From: a virus
DNA: 64,000 nucleotides
Reading direction: 5' to 3' (one strand)
IMG/VR virus record: IMGVR_UViG_3300050821_001198
Span: 64,249-128,248 of that record
The notes under the pieces are model-generated. The model did no database searches, had not been told where the DNA came from, and was given only the letters and a program-made list of their open reading frames with translations. The translations under genes and the position numbers were made by a program. Below are positions 9,369-19,426 of this stretch, in pieces (position 1 is the first letter of the stretch; each line of letters starts with the position of its first letter).

Positions 9369-12300
9369 ATGGACTTCTGCCCGCTTCACAATCATACACA
9401 TTATAGTGCATTGGACGGTATCTCAACACCCCTTGAGATCGTCCAGCGCTGCCAGGAGATCGGTGTCGGAAGGGCCGGTATCACCGACCACGGAGTAGTG
9501 GCGGGTCATATCGAGTTCGACCGGGTAATGAGGCTCAACGGTCTCACTCCCGTCCTCGGTATGGAGGCTTACCATGGTCTCATCCCCGGTAAGCCCGCCT
9601 CGGTCAACAAGAAGGCGGTTCGCGACCAGAACCACTTTATCGTCCTGGCCCAGAATGACGAGGGTCTGAAGAACATCTGGCGGCTCTCTGACAAGGCGGC
9701 CGAGAACAGTCACTTCGTTCCCCGAATGACATGGGAGACGATGAAGACTTACTCGGAGGGCGTCTACGCTACTTCGTCGTGCATCCAGGGCGTTCTCTCC
9801 GCTTCGATTCGGGGTAAGATCGACTACGACCCCTACGATGCCATCAATCAGTACCTCGACTGCTACGGCGATAGGTTCTTCATTGAGATCCACGTCTATC
9901 CTGGCGAAGAGCACGAGGAACTAAACTGGAACCTAGTCAATGTGGCGACGGAGCGAGGGATCGGGCTCGTGTACGCTACAGATGCCCACTTCGCCTTCCC
10001 CAATCAGTACGACCTACACGACTTGTACGTTTGTATGCAGACCGGGGATGTCATTTGGATGGACCCGAATGACCGGAAGATGTGGCATCCGCTCTCGCTC
10101 TACATCCAGGATGAGGCACAGATCCGGGAGTCACTCAACTACCTACCTGAGAGCGTCGTTGATGAGTGTCTGGCGAACAGCGCCCTGATCGCCAACGACT
10201 GCAACGCTACGCTTCCCGGCACAGAGCCCCACCTTCCTGTCTTCATCCCCGCATCGTGCCCATACGTACAGGAAAAGGATAAAGGTCTCACCACACAGGA
10301 GCTTTTCGTTGAGTTGATCGCCCGAGGCATCGTGTACCGCTATGGCGAAGATGCCTCTCCGGAAATCTGGGACCGTGCTGCCTATGAGGCCGGTGTCTTC
10401 TTGGATGCGGGTCTAGAGCACTACTTCCTCTACAATTGGGACATCGCTGAGATGTGCGATGACAAGGGAATTCTCCGGGGTCCCGGACGAGGCTCTGCAC
10501 CGGGTGCTGTTACCTCCTATGCGCTCGGTATCACCGACATTGATCCGATTCACTACGATCTGTACTTCGAGCGTTTCTGGAACCCTGGACGAGCCAAGGG
10601 GTTCCCCGACATCGACTCTGACTACGCTCGTGCGAACCGCTCGAAGGTCCGTAAATACTCCGAGGAACGCCTGGGAATCGACAGGGTGTACTCCATCGGG
10701 ACGGTCACCCGGCTCAAGCCTAAGACGGCTCTCGAACGGACCGCTAAGGCGTACGCGATCAAGAACTCAGAGATTGACGGGATGAAGCGGATCGTTGATC
10801 AGGTACCAGACATCAACATCCTTGACGTTGACTCTATCGGTTGGGACCAAGAGACTGACCCCGGCGTATTTCAGGGGATCAACGACGATGGCACCCTGCG
10901 CTTCCAGACGAAGGAACACTATGTCATGGAGCATGTTGGGGACGAGATCGTAGAGTGGATCAACAAGCAGCCAGAGAACCGCCAGGACATCCTCTGGGCG
11001 TGGCTTGATGCTGTGAGCAATCTCTGCTCCCGAGTGTCAGGGTACGGCGTTCACCCGTCAGGCGTGGTGCTCTCCGATTGTGTACTGGCCGACCGACTTC
11101 CGGCAATGTGGAACAGCAACGGCAAGATCAAGGTGACACAGTTCCCTATGGATCAGGTTGACAAGCTGATGTTCCTCAAGAACGACTATCTAGGGCTTCG
11201 CAACCTTGACACCCTTGAAGAGTGGGAACGCCGGGTAGCCAAGGAGGGCATCAAGGTCAACTGGTCCGGATTGGAGCGCGAAGAGTACCCCGAGGACATG
11301 TGGAAGCTCATGGAGCGTGGCTACACAATGGGGCTCTTCCAGGTTGAGGACCATTTCGGTGCTCGCAAGCTCTGCAAGGACATCAAGCCCCGGTGCGTTG
11401 AAGACTGCTCGCTCATCGTCGGGCTGAACAACCCTGGGCCGCAGCGCTCAGGAGCCGCAGAAGCCTACGTGCGGCGTCGTAACGGCCTCGAAGATCCGGC
11501 GGCTGAGCATCCCATCCTGGACGACATTCTGGCTGAGACGCTCGGCGTCATCATCTACCAGGAGCAGATTATCAAGTTCGCCCAGAAGCTCGGTTACTCA
11601 CCGGGTGACGCGGACGCCATCCGGAAGATGCTCGGTAAGAAGGACCCGCAGGCGATGCGTGACTTCCAGCGTGGAGAGGGCGCGTGGAAGGGGAAGGGGT
11701 ACTTCAAGGCCACGGACGAGGCGGGCGTACCGAGGGCGACAGCGGAGTCACTGATCGCGAAGATCAACCTGTTCGCTCTATACTCGTTCAATAAGGCTCA
11801 CTCCATGGCCTACGGGACGATGCTCTTCCGTACCCTGTTCGCGAAGTATTACGCTCCTGCCGAGTTCTACATCTCCTGTATCAAGACGATCAATGACACT
11901 ACCGAGGGCTCTAAGGACCCCAAGGCGGTGGAGAAGACCGCCATGTTGATTGGTGAGGCCCGACGCAAGGGGATTGAGATTCTTCCTCCGGACATCATGA
12001 TGAGTCAGGCCGATATCGAGGTTGGTACAGACGGTAGGATCTATTTCGGGTTCACCAACATCAAGGGGATTGCGGCTAAGACAGCTAAACAGATCATCGC
12101 GCTCCGTGATGAGGTAGGAGAGGTCATCAGGACCCCCGGAGGCTATGCGGACACGATGGACGAGTTGCAGCTTTCGTGGGAGACCGAGAAGAAAGAGTCG
12201 AAGAAGGAGGGCCTGGACTTCAACATGAAGTCACCCCGCTCTAGACTCAATTCGGGCAAGGATGCCCTGTTGTACCAAGTGGGTTGCTTCACTCAGTACG

Positions 12301-12692
12301 AGCAGAGTGTACTCACAGACGCACAGCGGCAAATCGCTGAACGTGAACTTCTGGGAGTGGTCCTAACTGACACTTCCGGTCCGATTTACGCTCGGAACGC
12401 CGACTTACTAGATGCCTGTGACGATTGGGAGCAGTTTATCGAGGACCCTGACATTGACAGATCTCGACTTCCTGCTACTATCACAGGTATACGTGAGACG
12501 AAGGTGAGAAAGACTGGCAAGGCAATGGCGATCCTGACACTGGAATACGGTGGCTGGGCGTCGGAGTTTGCGATCTTCTCGCAAAAGTGGCCGTCGTACA
12601 AGGCCCTCCTGTCGGAGTATCAGACAGGAATCTTCGATGTACGTAAGAACGACCGTGGACAATCGGTCGAGAAGGTAAAGCTGTTGAAATGA
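9369..12692 (+). CDS. dnaE: DNA polymerase III alpha subunit
   Basis: PHP HNHTHYSALDG, ITDHG and TDAH; GRGSA; catalytic PDIDSD; YSFNKAH; C-terminal OB fold. Confidence 0.95.
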   Translation: MDFCPLHNHTHYSALDGISTPLEIVQRCQEIGVGRAGITDHGVVAGHIEFDRVMRLNGLTPVLGMEAYHGLIPGKPASVNKKAVRDQNHFIVLAQNDEGLKNIWRLSDKAAENSHFVPRMTWETMKTYSEGVYATSSCIQGVLSASIRGKIDYDPYDAINQYLDCYGDRFFIEIHVYPGEEHEELNWNLVNVATERGIGLVYATDAHFAFPNQYDLHDLYVCMQTGDVIWMDPNDRKMWHPLSLYIQDEAQIRESLNYLPESVVDECLANSALIANDCNATLPGTEPHLPVFIPASCPYVQEKDKGLTTQELFVELIARGIVYRYGEDASPEIWDRAAYEAGVFLDAGLEHYFLYNWDIAEMCDDKGILRGPGRGSAPGAVTSYALGITDIDPIHYDLYFERFWNPGRAKGFPDIDSDYARANRSKVRKYSEERLGIDRVYSIGTVTRLKPKTALERTAKAYAIKNSEIDGMKRIVDQVPDINILDVDSIGWDQETDPGVFQGINDDGTLRFQTKEHYVMEHVGDEIVEWINKQPENRQDILWAWLDAVSNLCSRVSGYGVHPSGVVLSDCVLADRLPAMWNSNGKIKVTQFPMDQVDKLMFLKNDYLGLRNLDTLEEWERRVAKEGIKVNWSGLEREEYPEDMWKLMERGYTMGLFQVEDHFGARKLCKDIKPRCVEDCSLIVGLNNPGPQRSGAAEAYVRRRNGLEDPAAEHPILDDILAETLGVIIYQEQIIKFAQKLGYSPGDADAIRKMLGKKDPQAMRDFQRGEGAWKGKGYFKATDEAGVPRATAESLIAKINLFALYSFNKAHSMAYGTMLFRTLFAKYYAPAEFYISCIKTINDTTEGSKDPKAVEKTAMLIGEARRKGIEILPPDIMMSQADIEVGTDGRIYFGFTNIKGIAAKTAKQIIALRDEVGEVIRTPGGYADTMDELQLSWETEKKESKKEGLDFNMKSPRSRLNSGKDALLYQVGCFTQYEQSVLTDAQRQIAERELLGVVLTDTSGPIYARNADLLDACDDWEQFIEDPDIDRSRLPATITGIRETKVRKTGKAMAILTLEYGGWASEFAIFSQKWPSYKALLSEYQTGIFDVRKNDRGQSVEKVKLLK

Positions 12693-13798
12693 ACAAAGAT
12701 GTAAGAGAGGCACTCGAAGCAGAGCGCGCCCGAATGGAGAAGAAGTACGGTCACAAGTCTGCCGACATCGGATCGACCCGTGTCAAGCAGAATGTGGTTT
12801 CGACGGGCATTCAAGCTCTCGACTACGCCCTAGGAATCGGCGGCTACCCTCGACGGTACATGACGGAGATCTTTGGGCCGCCGGACGTAGGGAAGAGCAG
12901 TATCCTGGGGATCACCGCCATGGTGAATGCTCAGAATGAGGGGATGACACCGGGCATCATCGCTCTCGAACCAGGGTTCGACGCGGATTGGGCGGAGCGC
13001 CATGGCCTTGACACGGACGGGCTCCTGATCGGTCGGCCAGACGACGGCCACGCCGCCTTCGCGATGCTTTACGATTGGGTTATCGGGGACACGGTGGACT
13101 TCATCTTGTTCGATTCAATTGGGGCGGTCCTGCGCGAATCAGAGACCGACGAGAAGGCCACCGGACCCGCCGCTATGGGCCAAGCGGGACTCATTACCTG
13201 GGGTCTGAAGCGATGTGTCATGCCGCTCTGGAAGAAGAACAAGTGTCTTCTCCTAATCAACCAGGTTCGTGACGATCAGAAGAGCAAGATCTCCGGGCTA
13301 CTCGATTCACCGGGCGGTCACGCTCTCAAGCACTCGTGCCCTATTCGGCTCCAAGTGAAGTTCGGCAAGGAACGGTGGTACGGTAAGGACCATGACGGCG
13401 ACGAGTCGTACAGCTACACCAATGGCCAGAACATCGTGGTTGCCATCAAGCGAAACAAGATGTCCGAGGGCACTGGCAAACGTGCTCAGTTCGACTACTT
13501 CTATGAAGAGGTCGAAGGCCGACCGTTCGGGATTGACACAACGGCCGACATCCTCGCTACGGCTCTTCGTGCAGGAGTTATTGCACGAGCGGGAGCCAAG
13601 TATCGTCACCCGCTCTTTCCTCTCGCCAAGAGTGGGGAGAATCAGGTAGACGGCAAGGATGGTGTAGAGCAGTTCTTCAAGGACAATCCCCGGGCCGTGG
13701 AGACCATCCGCAACGAGATGATGACAGTCATGCGTGCGCGGCTCGAAGCAAAAGGATCAAGACCTGTAGAGAGCGACGACGTAGATGGCGAGGGCTAG
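12689..13798 (+). CDS. recA: RecA-like recombinase
   Basis: STGIQALDYALGIGGYPR, Walker A GPPDVGKS, FDSIG, INQVR and PGGHALKH. Confidence 0.93.
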   Translation: MNKDVREALEAERARMEKKYGHKSADIGSTRVKQNVVSTGIQALDYALGIGGYPRRYMTEIFGPPDVGKSSILGITAMVNAQNEGMTPGIIALEPGFDADWAERHGLDTDGLLIGRPDDGHAAFAMLYDWVIGDTVDFILFDSIGAVLRESETDEKATGPAAMGQAGLITWGLKRCVMPLWKKNKCLLLINQVRDDQKSKISGLLDSPGGHALKHSCPIRLQVKFGKERWYGKDHDGDESYSYTNGQNIVVAIKRNKMSEGTGKRAQFDYFYEEVEGRPFGIDTTADILATALRAGVIARAGAKYRHPLFPLAKSGENQVDGKDGVEQFFKDNPRAVETIRNEMMTVMRARLEAKGSRPVESDDVDGEG

Positions 13799-14135
13799 GG
13801 GTGAAAACAAGGATAGGTCACTTGTTCATGAGGAATGGATTGCTCGGCGCTACGGCGGTCACCGTACGAGTAATTCCGGGGCGTCGGACCTCGATCCGGG
13901 AGATGTTCGGTGTCCAAACGACCTCTTTGAATGCAAGACCACCGGGTTTCCCGGCCACCCTTCTACTGCACCCCTACTACACGTCTTCACCAAGGTCGCG
14001 GACGAGGCATACGCCGCCGGTCTCGAACCGGCTGTAGCACTCCAATACTTCGATCCCGACAATTTCCTAGCAAACGATGAGGGCTGGGTCAATCTAGTCG
14101 TCCGAACCGTGGAATACGATCTTGCCCATGGGTAA
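13785..14135 (+). CDS. PD-(D/E)xK nuclease, Holliday-junction resolvase-like
   Basis: HEE...SGA...GDV...FECKTT pattern in 116 aa. Confidence 0.7.
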   Translation: MARARGENKDRSLVHEEWIARRYGGHRTSNSGASDLDPGDVRCPNDLFECKTTGFPGHPSTAPLLHVFTKVADEAYAAGLEPAVALQYFDPDNFLANDEGWVNLVVRTVEYDLAHG

Positions 14136-15000
14136 CTTCAAGGTCGCCGCCACTAATCGAACGCTGATGCAGTCCCTCAACCTGGGGTATCGAGTCGCAC
14201 CGGCCATCGACAACTGGCTGGACAATAATCCGGAGAAGGAGTGGGGCTTTCACTTTGAGCCCAAGATCCCTGATGACGCTTGGCACCCTTCTGGGGATTG
14301 CACGCCTAGCGTTTACGATCTCTGGTTGAAGGCCACCGGAGCCGCTGTCAGGAAACCCCTCTCGGTTGGGCTCAAGAAGACGTTTGGGGTGGGCCATTAC
14401 TACCATCAGTGGATTCAGTGGATTCTCAGGGACGAACTTCAGTGGTGCAAGCCCGAGGACGTGGAACGTCGTGGGGGCTCATGGTGGGGCGAGCGAGAGT
14501 TCCTTGAACACGCCGACTACGACAACCCGACACCGGCTCCGGAGAACGCCTGGGGGCTTTGGCCGGGGAAGATGTGTGATGACCGTCTGGAGGGGTATTT
14601 CAAGCCCTCTCCGTTCCACTGGTCAACCGGATCGGCCGATATCGCGCCACTTGTCTTGCCTGATGCGACCAATTTATTGTTCGACATCAAGTCAATAAGT
14701 GGTAGTGACGCTAAGTTTGACACCCCTCCTGCCCGCTATGTGGACAAGTGGGAATGTCAGGCGTGCATTTACCTGGACTGGTTCCCGGAGTGCGAAGAGG
14801 CTATCTTCTTTGGCGTCAGCAAGGAGAATCCGCATGGATTCAAGGAGTGGGTCTTCAAGCCCAACCCTCCGCTAGTGGAAGCCATCTACGAGAAGTGGCA
14901 GTTGGTAACGTTTCTGATCGATGAGGGGATCACGCCGGATGAGGAAGACGCTGACCTCTGGATTGATCTACCTCTACAGGGAATCGTATGCGCCTCCTAG
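14128..15000 (+). CDS. PD-(D/E)xK (Cas4/RecB-like) exonuclease
   Basis: HPSG, GHYYH, SADI, FDIKS and QACIY motifs. Confidence 0.7.
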   Translation: MGNFKVAATNRTLMQSLNLGYRVAPAIDNWLDNNPEKEWGFHFEPKIPDDAWHPSGDCTPSVYDLWLKATGAAVRKPLSVGLKKTFGVGHYYHQWIQWILRDELQWCKPEDVERRGGSWWGEREFLEHADYDNPTPAPENAWGLWPGKMCDDRLEGYFKPSPFHWSTGSADIAPLVLPDATNLLFDIKSISGSDAKFDTPPARYVDKWECQACIYLDWFPECEEAIFFGVSKENPHGFKEWVFKPNPPLVEAIYEKWQLVTFLIDEGITPDEEDADLWIDLPLQGIVCAS

Positions 15001-15518
15001 CGATGGATACGGGTGCCAAGAGAATGGGCTGGAGTGTTCTCGACGCCTATGAGGATTTCACTGAGATCGGGTACATTGCCTCTGGTGTCATGGGGCTCGA
15101 TAAGCCCGAGGACGAGCCTTGGCAGGATTATCGCCTGCGACTGATTCGTTACTGGTCGATTGAGGGCGACCAACTACTCAGAACCTACTCGCCAACCCGA
15201 TTCGCCAACGAAACGATGCCCGTCATCGGCGTCGGGAAGGCATCCGCCCAATCAGTGCTTGCTAACGCGGCTCTGGCGTCCATGCAAACCGTGGTGAACA
15301 TCCACGAGATTCCGATTACACAAGTAGCCGCCGTGTCTGTGAAGGCACGGATAGGAGGGGGACGATCCGCCACGAAACCAAAGGTCCGTGACGGTGTAAT
15401 CTCCCTCCTGCCCGAACTGGCCCGTCGCAAGTCCGATTGGACGAAAGCCGACAAGTTCGATGAGCCCGATGCCATTGCGGTCGGGCTAGTAGCGCTGGGA
15501 GCCAGATGCCCACGCTAA
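14988..15518 (+). CDS. ruvC: RuvC-like Holliday junction resolvase
   Basis: LLAMDTG, ANE, VKARIGG..SATK and DEPDAIAVG motifs. Confidence 0.85.
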   Translation: MRLLAMDTGAKRMGWSVLDAYEDFTEIGYIASGVMGLDKPEDEPWQDYRLRLIRYWSIEGDQLLRTYSPTRFANETMPVIGVGKASAQSVLANAALASMQTVVNIHEIPITQVAAVSVKARIGGGRSATKPKVRDGVISLLPELARRKSDWTKADKFDEPDAIAVGLVALGARCPR

Positions 15519-16045
15519 TGGACGCCGGAACGACAGGAAGTACATTGACGACCACAGCGCAAGACCAATACGCGAGGGTGATGGAACGAGGTATCCGTCT
15601 CTTCAAGGAAAACTATACCCTCCCTACAGAGGAAACCCCGCCTCACCGGGTCCTCAAGGAGATCCTGAGGAACTACATCAGTTGGCGTGACCATCTGGCA
15701 TCCAGGGGGTTCCAGGATGACGTGATCGAACACAGTTACTTCGTCGCTGACAACTCAACCGACCCTCCGGGCATCCGTAAGGTCACCCTGTCGATCTCGT
15801 TCTCTGACCTCCAGAACTGCCTACTACCGCAGTCCAAGGGCGGTGTGCTGTCTGAGCGCAAGCGAGAGGCCCTTCTCTACAACATCGTCTTCGACTGGAA
15901 GCAGAAGGATGTCGCCGCGAAGATGGGAATTACCCCGGTATCGGTCGGTCAGTACGCCGATCTTGCGCTCCGTCAGCTAGCCAAGCTCTACTTCACCGAA
16001 GAGGACATGGCAACGAGCCAGTACGACTACGGGAGGACCAAGTAA
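15506..16045 (+). CDS. sigma-70 region 4-like HTH protein, candidate phage late sigma factor
   Basis: LSERKREAL...WKQKDVAAKMGITPVSVGQYADLALRQL. Confidence 0.7.
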   Translation: MPTLMDAGTTGSTLTTTAQDQYARVMERGIRLFKENYTLPTEETPPHRVLKEILRNYISWRDHLASRGFQDDVIEHSYFVADNSTDPPGIRKVTLSISFSDLQNCLLPQSKGGVLSERKREALLYNIVFDWKQKDVAAKMGITPVSVGQYADLALRQLAKLYFTEEDMATSQYDYGRTK

Positions 16046-16557
16046 TGTCCACTATGCGTAGACGATTCTGGAAGAAGGAAGACGCTCCCGAGTATATCGA
16101 GGGTCAGTCATATACGGCCCATCAGATCGAGCTAATGGCCGACGCAATCCTCAAGGCTGACTCCAAGCGAGAGATGTGTCGTCAGTGTGCAGGGCAGGGC
16201 GAGAAGACCGGCGAGAAGAAGATCGGGCCACAGTTCATGTACGACGAGGATGGAATCGTTCTCGGTCCTCTCCTGGACGGCGAGGGTCACCAGCTTGGTG
16301 TCGTCTTCTACGAGCTTATGTGCTCGAACGGACACACTTGGTTTGAGGGCGAAGGCAAGGCCAAGGGATTCAAGGGTGAGAACCCGGTCCTCCTAGAAGA
16401 GCACATCATCGCCCGCAAGCGGCGCGAGATTATGTGTGAGAACGGCACTCCAGACCCGAACATCGTGGCAGGGATGTACAACAAGACTCACCCTGATGGT
16501 CGCCGGGTGAACAGTCAAGAATCGCGAGAAACCCATGGCGCGAGCTTCTACTCCTAG
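16045..16557 (+). CDS. Zn-ribbon protein with GTPD/THPDGR C-terminal domain
   Basis: CRQC...CSNGHTW; C-terminus paralogous to 54650..55021. Confidence 0.7.
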   Translation: MSTMRRRFWKKEDAPEYIEGQSYTAHQIELMADAILKADSKREMCRQCAGQGEKTGEKKIGPQFMYDEDGIVLGPLLDGEGHQLGVVFYELMCSNGHTWFEGEGKAKGFKGENPVLLEEHIIARKRREIMCENGTPDPNIVAGMYNKTHPDGRRVNSQESRETHGASFYS

Positions 16558-16566
16558 GACTTCGAG

Positions 16567-17238
16567 ATGAACGAAGAGATCGAGGTAGACGGGTACTCTG
16601 ACGGGGAGGACGAGTCCGCCCGCAAGAAGAACAGCCGACGTAAGAGTCGAGTGATTGCCGCTGGCACAGCCAGTGTCGAGCCGCCGTCGCTCTACTTCGA
16701 CGGCCGCTGTCACTGTTGCATACACGAGTACCGGAAGACCATCGACAAGCTCTGCGTGACCTCCAACATCTCACCAACAGAGATCGCCCGTATGTTTGGG
16801 GTCAGTCGAGCCTCTGTGGTGAACCACGGGAAGAATCACCTTGACTACGCCGAGGCGTCCATTCGTCGTGTCATCGAAGCAGAGGCATCCGCCACCCAGG
16901 AGAACGTCGAGGATGGTGTTAGAGGTATCCTGGCACGCCGTGTCTTCCTCTCGTCGTACATCCAACGCACAATGGAGGCTCTCCTGAACAACGAATTGCC
17001 TCTATCGGGTAAGGAGGCAATGGCGGCGATCAACATGCTCACTCAGTACGAAGAGTCCGAGACCGTGGCACAGATGGCGGAGCTTCAGGACCAGTTTGAC
17101 GCCTTCCAGCAGGCGATGAAAGAGATCGTACCTGCGGATGCGTGGTACGCTATCGTTGCACGCACGGAAGAGATCTACAAGACAAGTGGCATGATGGCTA
17201 AGCTGAAGCAGATTACCGAGGGGCAGGATGGCGCATAA
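16567..17238 (+). CDS. HTH DNA-binding protein, possibly terminase small subunit
   Basis: CHCC motif and SPTEIARMFGVSRASVVNH HTH followed by a helical region. Confidence 0.55.
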   Translation: MNEEIEVDGYSDGEDESARKKNSRRKSRVIAAGTASVEPPSLYFDGRCHCCIHEYRKTIDKLCVTSNISPTEIARMFGVSRASVVNHGKNHLDYAEASIRRVIEAEASATQENVEDGVRGILARRVFLSSYIQRTMEALLNNELPLSGKEAMAAINMLTQYEESETVAQMAELQDQFDAFQQAMKEIVPADAWYAIVARTEEIYKTSGMMAKLKQITEGQDGA

Positions 17239-19171
17239 TGTCCTCACCCCTGAGCTTGTTGAGGAAATATCAGCGAATGCCGCTGAGGACCGATGGTTGG
17301 TCCTTGATCAACACAAGTCTTATCCGGGATACTGGAAGGTTCAATGTGTCAGTCCCGACTACCTACTTGTGTTCTCGGACCTTATCGGTCCCCATCGGGT
17401 CATATCCCCGGCAGAACTCCCAGATCTGCTTGAGCTTGCAAGTAGAAGCGGTTACGAGGTTGCGTTCGGAGAGGACCCTCTCGGAATCCTATCCTCGTAT
17501 GAGCACCTAAACGATCCTCCGGAAGTGACTATCAACAGTCACTTCGAGAATACCGTCAACGGATTGCTGCCCTACCAGGTACAGGGCTACAACGCGCTCA
17601 AGGACGTAGAAGGTGCAGCGGCCCTCTGGACGACCGGCTCCGGGAAGACCGTTCTGGCAACCGCCCTGATCATGTACCACTTCATGAAGGGTCACTCGGA
17701 CGCCTGTTTCTTTCTAGTCAAGGCCAACAACAAGATCAACACTCAGCGATGGCTCAAGCAGCTAGGGGACCTTGACTCCATTGTGATCGAGGGTACGAAG
17801 CCACAACGCGAGAAGCGATACCTCGAATTCTACGACGCACTCGATGATGGACGCCACCCTATTGCCATCACGAACTACGAGAAGTTCCGTGACGACTTCT
17901 GCTGGTTCGAGAAGAGCAAGAAGGACATTTGGCTGCCCCGGCTGCATGAGTGGTGCGAGCCGATCTTCGACTCAAACCTGTTCTTGATCTGGGATGAGGC
18001 TCCCACGAAGCTCAAGAGCCGCGACAGCAAGCTCTACAAGGGCGTCTGCCGTTCGCTCTATGAGACAAACGCCCCGGCCGTGGATTGGACTAAGCGGCGC
18101 TCTCCCGGCCTCAGACAGCTTGTTTTGACGGCCACTCCCATCGAGATCGACCCGGAGGATTGGTTCAACGTCGAGCGGCTCATCAACGGGGGTAGAACAT
18201 ACGGCACTGTGACCGCCTTCCGAGACCGTTACGCTGCGGCCTATGACTACTTCAATGAGAACAAAGTCATCTTGTGGAAGGATCTCGATGACATCGCTCT
18301 CCGGGCCTCCGGGATCGTTCACCGAGTGGACAAGAGTCACCCCGACATCGCTGCTCAGTTCCCCAAGGTCGTGCAGGAGATCGTTGAGATCGATTGGGAG
18401 TGGAACGACTACCTGGCATACAAGAAGGTCATGAAGGAGCTACGCAAGGAGCTTGAGGAAGCGGAAGAGCAGAATATCACGGTGCTGGCCGCCATCGCCA
18501 TCGGACAAATGCTCTGTGACGCTCCCGAGATGGTGCTCAACTCTGCCGCCGTCCGCGAGACGTGGGAAGCTCTAGGGCCGGATGTGCCTCCGGAGGGGTC
18601 TGCGACGGCCCTGGCGCTCTGTAGAGCCCTTGCGGGGTACAAGCTGACGAACTCCCGCCACACTAAGATCCAGACCCTTAGAGAGCTTCTCACAGAGCGA
18701 CACCCGACTGAAAAGTGCCTTGTCTACACGATCTACAACCAAGCGCTGCTGCCGATGATGTCGGACTGGCTGGACTTGTGGGGTGTCAGTCACGTAGTGT
18801 ACTCCGGAACAAACGCTCAGAAACAGTATGCGGAGGATGTTTTCAAGTCTGACCCCTCTATTCGCGTCTTCCTTTCATCTGACGCCGGATCGGACTCGCT
18901 AAACCTCGAAGTGGCATCAGTCGGGATCAACTACGATCTCCCCTGGAACTACTCCCGGTACATGCAGAGGATAGGACGTAACGAGCGAGCCACATCCAAT
19001 TTTGACACCGTGTACTGGTACGACCTACTTATGACTCACAGTGTTGAGATGCGGCGTCAGAAGCTCATCGGAACCAAGAAGGGCTATCACGAGGGACTGA
19101 CGGGTCGTGCCAGCGCGGAGTCCAGGTCTTCGCGAATGAGCAGGCAGGACTTGCTTGATATCCTAGGCTGA
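17228..19171 (+). CDS. SNF2-family (SF2) helicase
   Basis: PYQ, TGSGKT, WDEA, LTATP, SLNL and QRIGR motifs. Confidence 0.88.
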   Translation: MAHNVLTPELVEEISANAAEDRWLVLDQHKSYPGYWKVQCVSPDYLLVFSDLIGPHRVISPAELPDLLELASRSGYEVAFGEDPLGILSSYEHLNDPPEVTINSHFENTVNGLLPYQVQGYNALKDVEGAAALWTTGSGKTVLATALIMYHFMKGHSDACFFLVKANNKINTQRWLKQLGDLDSIVIEGTKPQREKRYLEFYDALDDGRHPIAITNYEKFRDDFCWFEKSKKDIWLPRLHEWCEPIFDSNLFLIWDEAPTKLKSRDSKLYKGVCRSLYETNAPAVDWTKRRSPGLRQLVLTATPIEIDPEDWFNVERLINGGRTYGTVTAFRDRYAAAYDYFNENKVILWKDLDDIALRASGIVHRVDKSHPDIAAQFPKVVQEIVEIDWEWNDYLAYKKVMKELRKELEEAEEQNITVLAAIAIGQMLCDAPEMVLNSAAVRETWEALGPDVPPEGSATALALCRALAGYKLTNSRHTKIQTLRELLTERHPTEKCLVYTIYNQALLPMMSDWLDLWGVSHVVYSGTNAQKQYAEDVFKSDPSIRVFLSSDAGSDSLNLEVASVGINYDLPWNYSRYMQRIGRNERATSNFDTVYWYDLLMTHSVEMRRQKLIGTKKGYHEGLTGRASAESRSSRMSRQDLLDILG

Positions 19172-19330
19172 CATGCACTTCTCGCGCAATAGCGGGAGTC
19201 AGGGTCGCGTGGTCACGGGAGGAATCGGTAGGCGCTGGGGAAGGTGAACGCCGCCCAGGTAGGTGCTGACGAGCCCGGACGCGAGCACCGTCGTCCAGCG
19301 GGGACGGTCACGGCGCGGCCTCCGGAAGCA

Positions 19331-19426
19331 TCAGTACGCCCCCGCATTCCACGCGCCGGTGGCGCCGCACCCGGCCAGCATCGGCAGCGTGCCGATGAGC
19401 AGAACGGTCAGGATCTTCCTAGTCAT
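19331..19426 (-). CDS. 31-aa putative lipoprotein (not in ORF track)
   Basis: MTRKILTVLLIGTLPMLAGCGATGAWNAGAY with LAGC lipobox; ATGA overlap and GGAGGA RBS. Confidence 0.5.
   Translation of the reverse strand: MTRKILTVLLIGTLPMLAGCGATGAWNAGAY

Noticed and set aside
14128-15000. CRISPR-Cas system from the Cas4-like nuclease
   Set aside because: No array or other cas genes; solo Cas4-like exonucleases are usual in phage recombination modules
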